Shown here piece after piece: positions 50,406 to 52,053 of a DNA stretch of 52,053 nt. The notes under the pieces are model-generated. The model was not told where the DNA came from and did not search any database. It saw only the letters and a program-made list of their open reading frames with translations. The stretch lies in the NCBI GenBank assembly GCA_038231275.1, contig JBBRLQ010000045.1, forward strand, positions 1 to 52,053, read 5' to 3'. Every line of letters starts with the position of its first letter. Position 1 is the first letter of the stretch. The translations under genes were made by a program, and so were the position numbers. The DNA comes from Polyangiales bacterium. GTDB lineage: Bacteria > Myxococcota_A > Polyangia > Polyangiales > Polyangiaceae.

Positions 50406-51941
50406 TCAGCCTTTGAGGCCGAGGCGCTTGAGCCGGCTGCGCAGCGTGCTCTCGCTGAGCCCCAGCGAGCGCGCTGCGCGGGACTGGTTGCCGTCGGCGC
50501 GCGCGAGGACCTGCACGAGGATCTCGCGCTCGAGATCGTCGAAGGTCGTCCCGCCTTCGGGGAGGTTCAAGGCGATCGACGCGGCGGGGATCGCGTCCTC
50601 GGACGGAGGGCGACCGGCCATCGCGCCGCCGCCGAGGGCGATGTTCGACGACGGCGGATCGGGGATACCGGTGCGCGACCCGGGCGCCGCGGCGGGGAGC
50701 AGAAGGTCGTTGATGTCGACCTCGCGGCCTGCGTGGTAGATGGCCAGGCGCTCCATCACGTTGCCGAGCTCGCGCACGTTGCCGGGCCACGCGTGGCGTT
50801 CGAGGCCGCGCCACGCCGCGTCGGTGAGGCGCGGAATTTGGCGGTTCATGCGGCGCGCGGCGGCCTCGAGCATCGGCGCGCCGAGGGCGCGGACGTCGTC
50901 GGTGCGGCCGCGGAGCGGCGGGATCTCGATCGTGACGACGGCGAGGCGGTAATACAAATCGGCTCGAAATGCGCCGCTCTGCGCCTGCGCGAGCAAATCG
51001 CGGTTGGTCGCCGCGATGACGCGCAGGTCGACGCGCTTCGGCTCGCTGCCGCCGACCGGCCAGATCTCACGCGACTCGAGCGCGCGCAGCAGCATCGCCT
51101 GGAGCGACGCCGGCGCCTCGCCGATCTCGTCGAGGAAGAGCGTGCCGCCGTCCGCGAGCTCGAAGAGGCCGCGACGCGACGCCTGCGCGCCGGTGAACGC
51201 GCCCTTCACGTGGCCGAACAGCTCGCTCGTCATGAGCTCGGGCGGGAGCGCCGCGAGGTTCTGCGCCACGAATCGCCCGCGACGTCGCGAGCTACGCTCG
51301 TGAATGGATGCGGCGACGAGCTCCTTGCCCACGCCCGTCTCGCCATGGAGGAGCACGCTCGCGTCGGTGCCGGCGACCGCGACGATCTGCTCGAGCACCT
51401 TCGCCATCGGCGGCGACGACACTTGAAGCTTCGGACGAGCCACCGCGCGGGACACGACCTCGACGTCGTCCTTGAGCCCGGCGTTCGCCGCCTTGAGCTC
51501 GCCGACGAGGCGACGGTTCTCGATCTCGAGCTCGCGGATGCGCGCGGCGCGTTTGATGGTGAGCTTGAGCTGCTCGGCCTCCCACGGCTTCTGCACGTAC
51601 GCGAAGACGTGGCCGAGGTTCACGGCGTCGGCGAGATCGTCGTGGTCGCTGTAGCCGGTGAGGAGGATGCGCTGCGTGTCCGGGAACTCGGCGTACGCGC
51701 GCGCGAGGAGCTGCGAGCCCTTCATCGGCTCCATGCGCATGTCGCTGACGAGGACGTCGAACGTGCCGCGCGCGAGCTGATTCAGCGCAGCAGCGCCGCT
51801 CTCGGCGACCGCGACCTCGAACTCGTCCGAGAAGACGGCCTCGAAGACCTCGCGTACGTCGGCCTCGTCGTCCGTGTAAAGGACGCGGATTTTGGCCGGC
51901 GGGACGTTCGACGGCGGAGGAGGGGGGACGGAGACCGACAT
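50406..51941 (-). CDS. sigma-54-dependent response regulator (NtrC family)
   Basis: YTDDE...SDMRM receiver; [44 protein letters not shown]. Confidence 0.95.
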   Translation of the reverse strand: MSVSVPPPPPSNVPPAKIRVLYTDDEADVREVFEAVFSDEFEVAVAESGAAALNQLARGTFDVLVSDMRMEPMKGSQLLARAYAEFPDTQRILLTGYSDHDDLADAVNLGHVFAYVQKPWEAEQLKLTIKRAARIRELEIENRRLVGELKAANAGLKDDVEVVSRAVARPKLQVSSPPMAKVLEQIVAVAGTDASVLLHGETGVGKELVAASIHERSSRRRGRFVAQNLAALPPELMTSELFGHVKGAFTGAQASRRGLFELADGGTLFLDEIGEAPASLQAMLLRALESREIWPVGGSEPKRVDLRVIAATNRDLLAQAQSGAFRADLYYRLAVVTIEIPPLRGRTDDVRALGAPMLEAAARRMNRQIPRLTDAAWRGLERHAWPGNVRELGNVMERLAIYHAGREVDINDLLLPAAAPGSRTGIPDPPSSNIALGGGAMAGRPPSEDAIPAASIALNLPEGGTTFDDLEREILVQVLARADGNQSRAARSLGLSESTLRSRLKRLGLKG

Positions 51942-51971
51942 GTCACCGGGAAGATCTCAGATCGGTTGCCG

Positions 51972-52053
51972 CTAGTTCCCTTTGGCGTCGCCGATGCCGT
52001 GGCGCCGCAGGTTCCCGCGCACTTGCGCGCGCTCCATCGCGGCGCGACGACCG
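51972..52053 (-). CDS. C-terminal end of a gene entering from outside the window, probably a Fis-type HTH
   Basis: Manual translation GRRAAMERAQVRGNLRRHGIGDAKGN*; TAG at 51972-74. Confidence 0.45.
   Translation of the reverse strand, partial: GRRAAMERAQVRGNLRRHGIGDAKGN

Overview
Very GC-rich bacterial DNA. The gene content points to a myxobacterium, probably Polyangiaceae-like (inference from Ser/Thr kinases, sigma-54 activators, many Cys-rich lipoproteins and an S41 protease with extra Ig-like domains). About 40 genes are supported. Housekeeping genes are nnr (partial), acpS, pdxJ, a serA-like dehydrogenase and the rimP-nusA-ylxR/L7Ae-infB-rbfA operon, which has a sigma-70 promoter and a leader terminator. 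Signalling genes are two Ser/Thr kinases, one pseudokinase and two complete plus one partial NtrC-type activators. Four accessory features stand out. (1) Three large Cys-rich lipoproteins (5502, 14373c, 45435) share a conserved N-terminal 'CxxGxxxCxxxxWxxC...PCDPYC' head and a C-terminal 'PxLxxWxxxYxCxP' tail around exchangeable middle domains; a small head-only paralog sits at 9520. (2) An HTTM-like membrane protein and a coupled partner lie inside that lipoprotein cluster. (3) A four-gene translationally coupled operon encodes a beta-barrel-like protein, a catalytically degenerate GH18 lipoprotein, a glutathionylspermidine-synthase-like ligase and an RGGFG-tailed lipoprotein. (4) A diiron ferritin-like protein is paired with a CrtI-like oxidoreductase. 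Two adjacent genes carry lesions (an in-frame TAA and a probable frameshift). Many genes have a -10-like hexamer 6-9 nt before the start codon, suggesting leaderless mRNAs. No rRNA, tRNA, CRISPR array or transposase was seen. All family assignments come from motif recognition by eye, with no database search.
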